Shown here: positions 1 through 8,228 of the stretch, one piece after another
Layout: each line of letters starts with the position of its first letter
Numbering within the stretch: position 1 is the first letter of the stretch
From: PVC group bacterium
GTDB lineage: Bacteria > Auribacterota > Erginobacteria > Erginobacterales > Erginobacteraceae
Length of the DNA: 64,000 nucleotides
Reading direction: 5' to 3'
Assembly: GCA_040773245.1 (NCBI GenBank)
Contig: JAXGWO010000001.1
Coordinates: forward strand, 6,498 to 70,497
The notes under the pieces: model-generated
Database searches by the model: none
What the model saw: the letters and a program-made list of their open reading frames with translations, nothing else
Told to the model about the DNA's origin: nothing
Program-made: the position numbers and the translations under genes

Positions 1-17
1 TCAACCTCCGCGACTGG

Positions 18-581
18 GTGGACGAAGTTTATGCCGAGGGCCGGACCACGGACATCTCCTCCGACGAGATGATGTTCCAGGTCAAGAAGCACCTTCCCCA
101 CCTCTTCAAGTCGGAGTTCGACCGGATCAAGGAACGGGTGGCGGCGATCTGTCTCGACCTGGTGACCGCGATGGTGACCAACCCGGCCATCCGCTCGATG
201 GACCCGAAGCTCCAGGAACCGGTCCTCGAGGAGTACATCGTCAAGGACCCCTTCATCAAATACCTCTACATCACCGACACCGAGGGGATCAAGATCACCC
301 GCAACGTCGTCCATCCTTACGACCGGGCCAAGTACGACCGGGAGTTCGAGCTCCACCAGGACTTCTCCGACCGGAACTGGTTCATCCGGCCGATGAAGGA
401 CGGCCAGGCCTACATCACCGACTTTTACGTCTCCCGCTTCGACGGCACCCTCTGCATCACCGTCTCCGCCCCGGTCCGGAACGAGCGGGAGGAGATCGTC
501 GGGGTCCTGGGGGCGGACGTCCGCTTCGAGGACGCGGCCAAGCTGGAGGAGGGAGAGGAGCACCTGCAGTATGAAGAGTGA
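18..581 (+). CDS. Cache-like extracellular sensor domain protein, C-terminal part (5' end cut by the window start)
   Basis: The ORF is open to the window edge. It carries the Cache/PDC-like pattern NWFIRPMKDGQAYITDFYVSRFDGTLCITVSAPV...IVGVLGADVRF. No output domain is present in the window. Confidence 0.45.
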   Translation: MDEVYAEGRTTDISSDEMMFQVKKHLPHLFKSEFDRIKERVAAICLDLVTAMVTNPAIRSMDPKLQEPVLEEYIVKDPFIKYLYITDTEGIKITRNVVHPYDRAKYDREFELHQDFSDRNWFIRPMKDGQAYITDFYVSRFDGTLCITVSAPVRNEREEIVGVLGADVRFEDAAKLEEGEEHLQYEE

Positions 582-1776
582 GCACCTGTCCCGCCCGGAA
601 GCGGGAGAGCAATTTCTCGGGATCCTTCAAGCGCAGCTGGACCGGGTGGAGAGGCTGAAGACCGCCCCCGGCTGGATCGACTACTCCTCGCTCCAGCCCC
701 TGCGGATCGGGGTGATCGGGGGCGACGGGATCGGGCCGGTGATCGGCCGGGAGGCGAGCCGGATCCTGAAGGAGATCCTGTCCGAAGAGGTCCGGTCCGG
801 ACGGGTGGAGTTCAAGGATATCGAGGGGCTGACGATCGAGAACCGGGCGGCGGCGGGGAAGGCGATCCCGGACGACGTCCTGGAAGAGATCAGGCAGTGC
901 CCGGTGATCCTCAAGGGCCCCACCACCACCCCCCGGAAAGGCGATCCCTGGCCGAACATCGAGTCGGCCAACGTGGCGATGCGCAAATCCCTCGACCTCT
1001 TCGCCAACGTCCGCCCGGTCCGGGTTTCCCGGCTGGGGATCGACTGGACATTCTTCCGGGAGAACACCGAGGGAGCCTACGTCCTGGGGAGCGAGGGATT
1101 TATGGTCGGCGACGACCTGGCGGTGGACTTCAAAGTGATCACCCGCCCGGGGGCCGAGCGGATCATCCGTTTGGCCTTCGAGTTCGCCCGGAAGAACCGG
1201 ATCGGCCGGGTGACCGCGGTCACCAAGGCCAACGTGATCAAGACCACCGACGGCCTCTTCCTCGACACCTTCGCCGCCGTCGCCTCCGAGTACCCGGAGA
1301 TCTCCGCCGACGACTGGTACATCGACATTATGACCGCCAAGCTCCTCGACCCGCAGCGGCGGACCCAGTTTAAGGTCTTCGTCCTCCCCAACCTCTACGG
1401 CGACATCCTGACCGACGAGGCGGCCCAGCTCCAGGGCGGCGTGGGAACGGCCGGGTCGGCCAATATCGGCCGGCGCTACGCGATGTTCGAGGCCATCCAC
1501 GGCAGCGCCCCCCGGATGGTCGCCGAGGGCCGAGATAAGTACGCCGACCCCTTCAGTATGATCCGGTCGGCGGCGATGCTTCTGAACCACATCGGTCACC
1601 CGGGGAAGGCGAAGCGGCTGGAGATGGCCCTCGACATCTGCGGCAGCTTCGAGAAGAAACTGACCGTCACCGGGCGGCCGGGGGGGGCGACCACCAGCGA
1701 GATCGCCGACTACCTCCTGGAGACGATGGCCGCCGGCGGGCTGGAAGCAAGATGGAAGAAGCTGAGTCAGGGCTGA
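571..1776 (+). CDS. Isocitrate/isopropylmalate dehydrogenase family (NAD(P)-dependent beta-hydroxyacid oxidative decarboxylase)
   Basis: Family motifs are present: IGVIGGDGIGPEV-like N-terminus, KGPTTTP, and NLYGDILTDEAAQLQGGVGTAGSANIG. The length of about 400 aa fits. The exact start is uncertain and overlaps the previous ORF. Confidence 0.8.
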   Translation: MKSEHLSRPEAGEQFLGILQAQLDRVERLKTAPGWIDYSSLQPLRIGVIGGDGIGPVIGREASRILKEILSEEVRSGRVEFKDIEGLTIENRAAAGKAIPDDVLEEIRQCPVILKGPTTTPRKGDPWPNIESANVAMRKSLDLFANVRPVRVSRLGIDWTFFRENTEGAYVLGSEGFMVGDDLAVDFKVITRPGAERIIRLAFEFARKNRIGRVTAVTKANVIKTTDGLFLDTFAAVASEYPEISADDWYIDIMTAKLLDPQRRTQFKVFVLPNLYGDILTDEAAQLQGGVGTAGSANIGRRYAMFEAIHGSAPRMVAEGRDKYADPFSMIRSAAMLLNHIGHPGKAKRLEMALDICGSFEKKLTVTGRPGGATTSEIADYLLETMAAGGLEARWKKLSQG

Positions 1777-3113
1777 AGCCGGAGGGCGGGTTGAAGAAAC
1801 ACAGCCAGCAGCTGGAAAAGGCCCTCCAGCCGGAACGGGAGTCGCTGAGGCTTCACCCCCGCTACCGGGGGAAGATCGAGATCGTGCCCAAGTGCCCCGT
1901 CGCCTCGATCGACGACTTCGCGATCTGGTACACCCCCGGGGTGGCGGCCGCCTGCACCGCGATCCACCGCGATCCGGAACTGGTCTACCAGTACACCAAC
2001 AAGTGGAATACGGTGGCCGTGGTCACCGACGGTTCCCGGGTCCTCGGCCTGGGGGACATCGGCCCCGAGGCGGCCCTCCCGACGATGGAGGGCAAGGCCC
2101 TCCTCTTCAAGTACCTGGGCGGGGTGGACGCCTTTCCCATCTGCCTCGGCACCCGCGACCCCGAGGAGCTGATCCGGACGGTCAAAATCCTCCAGCCCTC
2201 CTTCGGGGGGATCAACCTCGAGGACATCGCCCAGCCGGGCTGCTTCGCGATCCTCGACCGGCTGCGGGCCGAGTGCCGCATCCCCGTCTGGCACGACGAC
2301 CAGCAGGGGACCGCCGCCGTCACCCTGGCCGGGCTGATCAACGCCCTCGAGGTGGTGGGAAAGAAGCTCGGGGAGGTCAGGATCGCCCTGGTCGGGGCCG
2401 GGGCCGCCAACCTCTGCATCGCCCGGATGATCACCGCCGCCGGGGCCGACCCGAAGAAGATCATCATCACCGACAGCCAGGGCACGCTGCACCGGGACCG
2501 GACCGAGCTGAGGGAGACCTCCCCCCGGAAGTGGGAGATGTGCCTGGAGACCAATCCGCAAGGGGTGAAGGGCGGAATCCCGGAGGCGCTGGCGGGGGCC
2601 GACGTCTTGATCGCCCTCTCCCGTCCCGGCCCGGGGACCATCCGTCCGGAGTGGATCGGAAAGATGGCCCCGGACCCGGTCTGCTTCCTCTGCGCCAACC
2701 CGGTCCCCGAGCTCTGGCCCTGGGAAGCGAAGGAGGCCGGGGCCCGGATCGTCGCCACCGGGAGGAGCGACTTCCCCAACCAGATCAACAACTCGCTCGG
2801 CTTCCCCGGGATCTTCCGGGGCGCCCTCGACGTGCGGGCCTCCACCATCAGCGACGGGATGTGCCTGGCCGCGGCGGGGGAACTGGCCGCCTTCGCCCGG
2901 GAACGGGGAATCAGCGAGGAGTGTATCACCCCGACGATGGCCGACCGGGAGATTTACCCCCGGGTGGCGGTGGCGGTGGGGATGGCCGCGATCGGGGAGG
3001 GCCTGGCCGCCGTGCCCCTGACCCGGAAGGAACTGAAAGAGCGGGCCGAGACCATCATCGACCGGGCCCGGGCTGAGACCGAGACCCTGATGCGCGAAGG
3101 CCTGATAGACTGA
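1752..3113 (+). CDS. NAD(P)-dependent malic enzyme (short form, no PTA domain)
   Basis: The sequence IVPKCPVASIDDFAIWYTPGVAAACTAI...NKWNTVAVVTDGSRVLGLGDIGPEAALPTMEGKALLFKYLGGVDAFPICL is typical of malic enzyme, followed by a Rossmann GAGAA motif. The start is uncertain. Confidence 0.85.
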   Translation: MEEAESGLKPEGGLKKHSQQLEKALQPERESLRLHPRYRGKIEIVPKCPVASIDDFAIWYTPGVAAACTAIHRDPELVYQYTNKWNTVAVVTDGSRVLGLGDIGPEAALPTMEGKALLFKYLGGVDAFPICLGTRDPEELIRTVKILQPSFGGINLEDIAQPGCFAILDRLRAECRIPVWHDDQQGTAAVTLAGLINALEVVGKKLGEVRIALVGAGAANLCIARMITAAGADPKKIIITDSQGTLHRDRTELRETSPRKWEMCLETNPQGVKGGIPEALAGADVLIALSRPGPGTIRPEWIGKMAPDPVCFLCANPVPELWPWEAKEAGARIVATGRSDFPNQINNSLGFPGIFRGALDVRASTISDGMCLAAAGELAAFARERGISEECITPTMADREIYPRVAVAVGMAAIGEGLAAVPLTRKELKERAETIIDRARAETETLMREGLID

Positions 3114-3118
3114 AAAAC

Positions 3119-3270
3119 TTCACCGCGGAGGCGCGGAGGACGCGGAGAAAGATATAGTTCTATTATTTCCGCCGGATAAATTTTCGGGAAAGATTATAAT
3201 TTCGGAATTGCAAATATTCCGGGAAAAATAGCTAACATAAATTCCGCGTCCTCCGCGCCTCCGCGGTGAA
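3119..3270. repeat. GC-rich 30-bp terminal-inverted-repeat element, copy 1 (arms at about 3119-3148 and 3242-3270, AT-rich core of about 95 bp)
   Basis: The left arm is TTCACCGCGGAGGCGCGGAGGACGCGGAGA and the right arm is its reverse complement, TCCGCGTCCTCCGCGCCTCCGCGGTGAA. The core is strongly AT-rich against the roughly 68% GC background. The element fills the gap between the malic enzyme stop and the fumarase start. Confidence 0.8.
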
Positions 3271-3290
3271 TATATCGATGTACCAGGTGG

Positions 3291-4139
3291 TTGGTTATGC
3301 GTACTCTCAGGGCTGAACAGGTGGCCGAGGCGGTCGCCCGGCTTTACCGGGAGGCGGCCTGCTCGCCCGACCCGGGGCTGGAGTCGGCGCTCCGGGCCGG
3401 ACGGAAGCGGGAGGAGTCGGAGGGCGGCAAGGCGGTCCTCGACGATCTCCTGGAGAATTTGCGCCTCTCCCGCCAATCCGGCTCGCCCCCCTGCCAGGAC
3501 ACCGGGACCGCGGTGGTCTTCCTCGAAATGGGCCAGGAACTGAGAATCGAGGGCGGCAATCTCGCCGGGGCGGTGAATGAGGGTGTCCGACGGGCGGTCC
3601 GGGAGGGGTACCTGCGGCCCTCGACCGTCGCCGACCCCCTGCGGCGGGAGAACACCGGGGACAACACCCCGGCCGTCATACACCTGGAAATTGTCCCCGG
3701 GGACCGGCTGACCGTTACCGTAGCCGCCAAAGGAGCGGGGAGCGAGAATATGTCCACGGTGAAGATGCTGACCCCGGCCGCCGGGGCGGAGGAGATCGTC
3801 GAGTTCGCCTCCCGGTGGGTGGAAGAGGCCGGGGCCAATCCCTGCCCGCCGGTGGTCGTCGGGCTCGGCCTCGGCGGCAACTTCGAGACCGCCCCGCTGC
3901 TGGCCAAGAAGGCCCTCCTCAAGCCGCTGGGGGAGCGCCACCCTGACCCCTTTTACGCCGCCCTGGAGGAGAAGGTGATCGAAAGGGTCAACCGGACCGG
4001 GGTCGGCCCCGGGGGACTGGGCGGCCGCTTCACCTGCCTCGACTGCCACGTCCTCGTCCGGCCCTGCCACATTGCTTCCCTCCCGGCGGCCGTCAACCTC
4101 GACTGCTGCCTCCCCCGCCACCAAACAGCCTTCCTTTGA
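3291..4139 (+). CDS. Fumarate hydratase class I, alpha subunit (Fe-S hydro-lyase, TtdA/FumA-N type)
   Basis: The Fe-S hydro-lyase alpha signature is present: CQDTGTAVVFLEMGQE...NTPAVIHLEIVPGD...GAGSENMS...GVGPGGLGGRFT. No beta-subunit gene follows. Confidence 0.8.
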   Translation: MVMRTLRAEQVAEAVARLYREAACSPDPGLESALRAGRKREESEGGKAVLDDLLENLRLSRQSGSPPCQDTGTAVVFLEMGQELRIEGGNLAGAVNEGVRRAVREGYLRPSTVADPLRRENTGDNTPAVIHLEIVPGDRLTVTVAAKGAGSENMSTVKMLTPAAGAEEIVEFASRWVEEAGANPCPPVVVGLGLGGNFETAPLLAKKALLKPLGERHPDPFYAALEEKVIERVNRTGVGPGGLGGRFTCLDCHVLVRPCHIASLPAAVNLDCCLPRHQTAFL

Positions 4140-4147
4140 TTTAAGAA

Positions 4148-4457
4148 TTCACCGCGGCGGCGCGGAGGACGCGGAGAGGGGATCGTTGTTTATGTTATGA
4201 GTTCTCTTCTGTTTTGTACGAGCAAGCGGCATTAGTATAATCCGCAGTATTGCCGGAAGATCGGTAACGGAGCAATGGAGTGATGGAGTAGTGGAGTGAT
4301 GGGGACAAACACAATACCCAATAAATCCATTGCTCCAACACCCCAACCCGCGGAATTCACTGAACTTGGCTGACCGGACACGTTGTTTCCCACGCTAAAT
4401 AGATGAGAACCATTTTTAGAATCATTTTCTCCGCGTCCTCCGCGCCTCCGCGGTGAA
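4148..4457. repeat. GC-rich 30-bp TIR element, copy 2 (arms at about 4148-4177 and 4428-4457, core of about 250 bp that includes TGGAGTG-type heptamer repeats)
   Basis: Same arm sequences as copy 1. The core contains agcaatggagtgatggagtagtggagtgatgggg ... ccattgctccaacaccccaacc. The right arm overlaps the annotated GTG start of the downstream GT2 gene. Confidence 0.8.
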
Positions 4458-5364
4458 TTTCTTTGGTAAGTTGAGTGCGAAGACCGCTATCGTGATCGTC
4501 TCCTGGAACGGGAAGGAGGCCCTCCTGGAGTGCCTGGCTTCCCTGGAGAAGCTCGACCCGCCCCGGCCCCGGATCATCGTGGTCGACAACGGATCGACCG
4601 ACGGGACCGCCGCGGCGCTGGAAGAGAGATTCCCCGGGGTCGAGCTGGTCGCCCTCCCGGGGAACCTCGGCTTCGCCGGGGGGAACAACCGGGGGATCGC
4701 GGCGGCCCTGGAGGGCGGTGCCCGGTACGTCTGCCTGCTCAACAACGACACCGTGGCCGATCCCGGCTTCCTCAACGAAATGCTCCGGGCCGCCGCCCAA
4801 TTTCCCCGCGGCGGGATCTTCGGCTCCCGGATCCTCTACCGCTCCCGCCCGGATACCGTCTGGAGCCAGGGTATCGAGGTCTCCCGCCGGACCGGCCGGG
4901 TTTACGCCCCCCACCACAACCGTCCCGCCCGGAAGACCCCCCGTCATCCGGAACAAGTGGGCGGGGTCAGCGGGGCGGCGATGCTCCTGCGGGCGGATAT
5001 GCTGGGGGAGACCGGACTCTTCGACGAGGACTACTTTCTCTGCTTCGAGGACCTCGACCTCTGCCTGCGGGCCGGGGAAAAAGGCTGGGAGGTGATGACC
5101 GTTCCCGGTTCGCTGGTCTATCACTCGGTCAGCGGCTCGATGGGAGGCGAGTACTCCTCCCGGGTCGTCTATTACACGACCCGCAACCACCTCCTGCTGC
5201 TCGACCGCCGCCTCCCCCTCCCCCCGCCCGCCCGGGGGATGCGGTTTTTGCTGGTCACCATTTACTCGCTTCTCTTCGCCCTCTTCACCGCCGGCGGCCG
5301 CCCGGTTTCCTGGGCGCGGGGACTGAACGACTATCTCCGGGGACGGTTCGGCGAAATGAAGTGA
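4453..5364 (+). CDS. Glycosyltransferase family 2
   Basis: GT2 features: IVIVSWNGKE...IIVVDNGSTDGT...LLNNDT (a DxD-type fold). The start codon is uncertain; the GTG at 4453 lies inside the repeat arm, and an alternative TTG lies near 4471. Confidence 0.75.
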   Translation: MNFFGKLSAKTAIVIVSWNGKEALLECLASLEKLDPPRPRIIVVDNGSTDGTAAALEERFPGVELVALPGNLGFAGGNNRGIAAALEGGARYVCLLNNDTVADPGFLNEMLRAAAQFPRGGIFGSRILYRSRPDTVWSQGIEVSRRTGRVYAPHHNRPARKTPRHPEQVGGVSGAAMLLRADMLGETGLFDEDYFLCFEDLDLCLRAGEKGWEVMTVPGSLVYHSVSGSMGGEYSSRVVYYTTRNHLLLLDRRLPLPPPARGMRFLLVTIYSLLFALFTAGGRPVSWARGLNDYLRGRFGEMK

Positions 5365-5421
5365 AAAATTGCTCTTGACGAAGACGCCCGGTTGCGATAT
5401 ACCCGCCCGCAATCGGCAAAA

Positions 5422-5462
5422 GTCGGACCGGTCGGAAGAGTCTGACCTGTCCGGCTTTTTTT
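5422..5462 (+). terminator. Possible rho-independent terminator (GC hairpin plus a T7 run) downstream of the GT2 gene
   Basis: The sequence is agtcggaccggtcggaagagtctgacctgtccggc followed by ttttttt. The stem is imperfect. Confidence 0.35.
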
Positions 5463-5518
5463 CCCCGCAAAGGGGGACGGATCCCTAACAACCTTTTGGA
5501 TAAAAGGAGAATTCGGTT

Positions 5519-5824
5519 ATGCCAGCGAAAAAGAACAAGGTTACCGCCGCGAAGAAAATGGCGGCCCCGAAGAAGCCTGCCGCCCGCAAGCCGGCCGTGA
5601 AGAAACCGGCCGTGAAGAAACCGAAGGCCGTCAAAATACCGGTGGAGGGGAAAACTCCGGCCGCCGTGAAACCGGCCCCGGCCAAGCCCGCGCTCAGCCG
5701 CCACGAGATTCAGCGTCGGATCCGGGTCGCGGCCTACTACAAGTACCTGAAGCGCGGCGGCCAGCACGGCAGCCACGCCCAGGACTGGAAAGAGGCGGAG
5801 AAGGATATCCTCTCCCAGCTGTAA
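5519..5824 (+). CDS. Small basic Lys/Ala/Pro-rich histone-H1-like protein with a DUF2934-like C-terminus
   Basis: The N-terminus has KKPAARKPAVKKPAVKKPKAVK repeats. The C-terminal motif is QRRIRVAAYYKYLKRGG...DWKEAEKDI. A good RBS, aaaaggag, precedes the ATG. Confidence 0.6.
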   Translation: MPAKKNKVTAAKKMAAPKKPAARKPAVKKPAVKKPKAVKIPVEGKTPAAVKPAPAKPALSRHEIQRRIRVAAYYKYLKRGGQHGSHAQDWKEAEKDILSQL

Positions 5825-5825
5825 T

Positions 5826-5860
5826 GGGGAGTGGGGAGTAGGCAGTGGGCAGTAGTGAGC
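5826..5860. repeat. Short copy of the modular composite repeat (GGGAGTGGGGAGTAGGCAGTGGGCAGTAGTGAGC module)
   Basis: It shares the GGGAGTGGGCAGTAGGCA core with the repeats at 51.5, 53.3, 58.4 and 61.3 kb. It contains the GTG start (5845) of the downstream metallophosphoesterase ORF. Confidence 0.7.
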
Positions 5861-6837
5861 GGCGGGCCAACCGGCCGCGCACCAGGAGGAAACGGACCGG
5901 GAAGCAGGCCTGGGAGCGTCCGCTGCCCCCGGTTGACCGGCAGGCTCTCGCTCTCCCCGGGGACTCCGAATTCGTCTTCCGTTTCGCCGTCTACGGCGAC
6001 AACCAGCGGGGGATCCCGATCCACCGCCGGATCGCCCGGAATATCCTGATCTCGGGGGCGGAGGCCGTCCTCCACGTCGGCGATTACGTCCAGGACGGGA
6101 AGAAAGCCGAGCAGTGGGACGAGCAGTTTCTCCGTCCGGCCCGGTTGCTTCTCCGGCACACCCTCTTTCTCGGCGTCCAGGGCAACCACGACAAGGACAG
6201 TCCCCGCTACTACGAGATCGTCCGTCCCCCAGGAGGGAATTCCTGGTTCAAGGCCGCCCGGCCCCCGGTCGCCTTCTTCGGGCTCGACTCCAACCGCCGC
6301 CTGCCGGAGCAGTCCGGCTGGCTGGCGGGGGAACTGGCCGGGACCGCCGAACCCTGGCGGGTTGTCTTCTTCCACGAGGCCCCCTACGCTTCCTCCTGGC
6401 CCTGGCCGGGCGGGGCGCTCAAGACCCGCCACCACTTCCTCCCGGTGCTGGAGGAGGGCGGGGTCGATCTCGTCTTCGCCGGGCATATCCACAACTACGA
6501 GCGGTTCCACAGGGAAGGGATCCCCTACCTCATCACCGGCGGGGGCGGAGACACCCTGGCCAAGCCGGAACAGCTGAAGAACCCTTACCTGATCTGGTCG
6601 GCGAAGAAGCACCACTTCTGCACCGCCGACGTCTACCCTGACCGGATCGTGGTCCTGGCCCGCGACCTGGCCGGGGTCCCCTTCGACGGGGTGATCGTGG
6701 AGAAGGGCGGCCCGCGGGAGATCGAGCTGGAAACCCGGCGGGGCTACACCGGCCCCCGGCCGGCCTCTTTCCCCAACCAGCTCGGGGGAAGAACCAATCC
6801 TTCACCGCTCTTATTTTACAAAAGCGGTATGACTTGA
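5845..6837 (+). CDS. Calcineurin-like metallophosphoesterase (purple-acid-phosphatase-like)
   Basis: Metallophosphoesterase motifs are present: FAVYGDNQ, HVGDYVQDG, GNHD, FFHEAPY and GHIHNYER. The start is a GTG inside the repeat. Confidence 0.75.
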   Translation: MGSSERRANRPRTRRKRTGKQAWERPLPPVDRQALALPGDSEFVFRFAVYGDNQRGIPIHRRIARNILISGAEAVLHVGDYVQDGKKAEQWDEQFLRPARLLLRHTLFLGVQGNHDKDSPRYYEIVRPPGGNSWFKAARPPVAFFGLDSNRRLPEQSGWLAGELAGTAEPWRVVFFHEAPYASSWPWPGGALKTRHHFLPVLEEGGVDLVFAGHIHNYERFHREGIPYLITGGGGDTLAKPEQLKNPYLIWSAKKHHFCTADVYPDRIVVLARDLAGVPFDGVIVEKGGPREIELETRRGYTGPRPASFPNQLGGRTNPSPLLFYKSGMT

Positions 6838-6851
6838 TCTGTAAAACAAGG

Positions 6852-8105
6852 TCAGGTCACCAGCTGCCCGGTGCCGTCGATCACGAATTTGTAGGAGCAG
6901 AGCTCCCGCAGCCCGATCGGTCCCCGGGCGTGGAGTTTCTGGGTCGAGATCCCCATCTCCGCCCCCATCCCGAAGCGGTTGCCGTCGGTGAAACGGGTGG
7001 AGGCGTTCCAGAAGACCGCCGCCGAGTCCACCGAATTCTGAAAGACCCGTGCCGCCGCCTCGTTGGCGGTGACGATGGCGTCGCTGTGGTGGCTTCCGTG
7101 GCGGTTGATGTGGGCGATGGCCGCTTCGAGGGAGTCAACCACCCCCACCGCCAGGATGAGCGCCAGGTACTCGGTGTCCCAGTCCGCCTCGACGGCGTCC
7201 CTCGGCGGGGGATCGAGGTCGGGCGGGGCCAGTTCCCGGGCCCGGCGGTCGAGCCGCAGCTCCACCCCCCGGGCGGCCAGGGCTTTCATCGCCCGGGGGA
7301 GGAAAGCCGGGGCGATCTCCCGGTGGACCAGGAGGGTCTCGGCGGCGTTGCAGACCGCGACCTTCTGGGTCTTGGAGTTGACCGTGATCTCCTCCGCCAT
7401 TTCGAGGTCGGCGGCCCGGTCGACGTAGACGTGGCAGTTCCCGTCGGCGGCGAAGAGGAGGGGGACGGTGGCCACCTCGAGGAGGGCCTTCTTCAGCCCC
7501 TCCCCGCCCCGGGGGATCAGGAGATCGATGCAGCGGTCCCGGGTGGCCAGGTCGGCCAGGGCCTCGTGGCCGCCGCCGGAAGCCAGTTGGAGGGCGCCCG
7601 CCGGCAGCCCGGACTTTTCCAGCGCGGCGGCGGAGGCCGCGACCATCGCCCCGTCGGAGCGGCGGGCGATCGAGGATCCCCTCAGGATCACGGCGTTGCC
7701 GGCCTTCAGGGCCAGGCAGGAGGCGTCGGCCGAGACCTCGGGCCGAGCCTCGTAGACGATCGCCACCACCCCCAGCGGAACCCTCACCCGGCGGATCACC
7801 AGCCCGTTGGGGCGGACGGTCCGCTCCAGCTCCTCCCCGTTCGGGTCGGGGAGAGCGGCCACCTCCCGCACCCCCCGGATCGTCCCCTCCAGCTTCGCCT
7901 CCGAGAGGCGGAGACGGTCGAGCAGCTGGGAGGCGACCCCCTTCTTCTCGGCGTCGGCCACGTCGGCGCGGTTGGCGCGCAGGATCTCTTCCCGGTTCTC
8001 CTCCAGCCCGGCGGCCATCGCCAGCAGGGCGGAGTTCTTGACCGCGGTCTCGAGGACCGCCATCCGGTAGGAGGCCTCGCGGGCCGCCCGGCAGATCTCA
8101 TCCAT
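6852..8105 (-). CDS. proA: Gamma-glutamyl phosphate reductase (glutamate-5-semialdehyde dehydrogenase)
   Basis: It can be aligned along its length to E. coli ProA: VPLGVVAIVYEARPEVSADASCLALKAGNAVILRGSS...NAKTQ(K/R)...STRFTDGNRFGMGAEMGISTQKLHARGP. The start was refined to MDEICRAA, which is residue 20 of the tracked ORF. Confidence 0.85.
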   Translation of the reverse strand: MDEICRAAREASYRMAVLETAVKNSALLAMAAGLEENREEILRANRADVADAEKKGVASQLLDRLRLSEAKLEGTIRGVREVAALPDPNGEELERTVRPNGLVIRRVRVPLGVVAIVYEARPEVSADASCLALKAGNAVILRGSSIARRSDGAMVAASAAALEKSGLPAGALQLASGGGHEALADLATRDRCIDLLIPRGGEGLKKALLEVATVPLLFAADGNCHVYVDRAADLEMAEEITVNSKTQKVAVCNAAETLLVHREIAPAFLPRAMKALAARGVELRLDRRARELAPPDLDPPPRDAVEADWDTEYLALILAVGVVDSLEAAIAHINRHGSHHSDAIVTANEAAARVFQNSVDSAAVFWNASTRFTDGNRFGMGAEMGISTQKLHARGPIGLRELCSYKFVIDGTGQLVT

Positions 8106-8228
8106 TCGGCTTGTCTGTTGGTTGTTCACGCTTCCATCCTCCGGTTCTGGCAACTCGATCATTGTATACCAAATTCCGTTACGGGCAAGTACCGCCGGGT
8201 CCGATGGAGGGTGGATGGGCCTCCCTCT

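Noticed and set aside
5381-5409. A sigma-70-like promoter TTGACG-N17-TATACC upstream of the histone-like gene
   Set aside because: A hairpin plus T-run terminator lies between this site and the gene, which makes a functional promoter-then-terminator order doubtful. It was kept only as a remark. It could instead be a divergent or antisense promoter, or a chance match.
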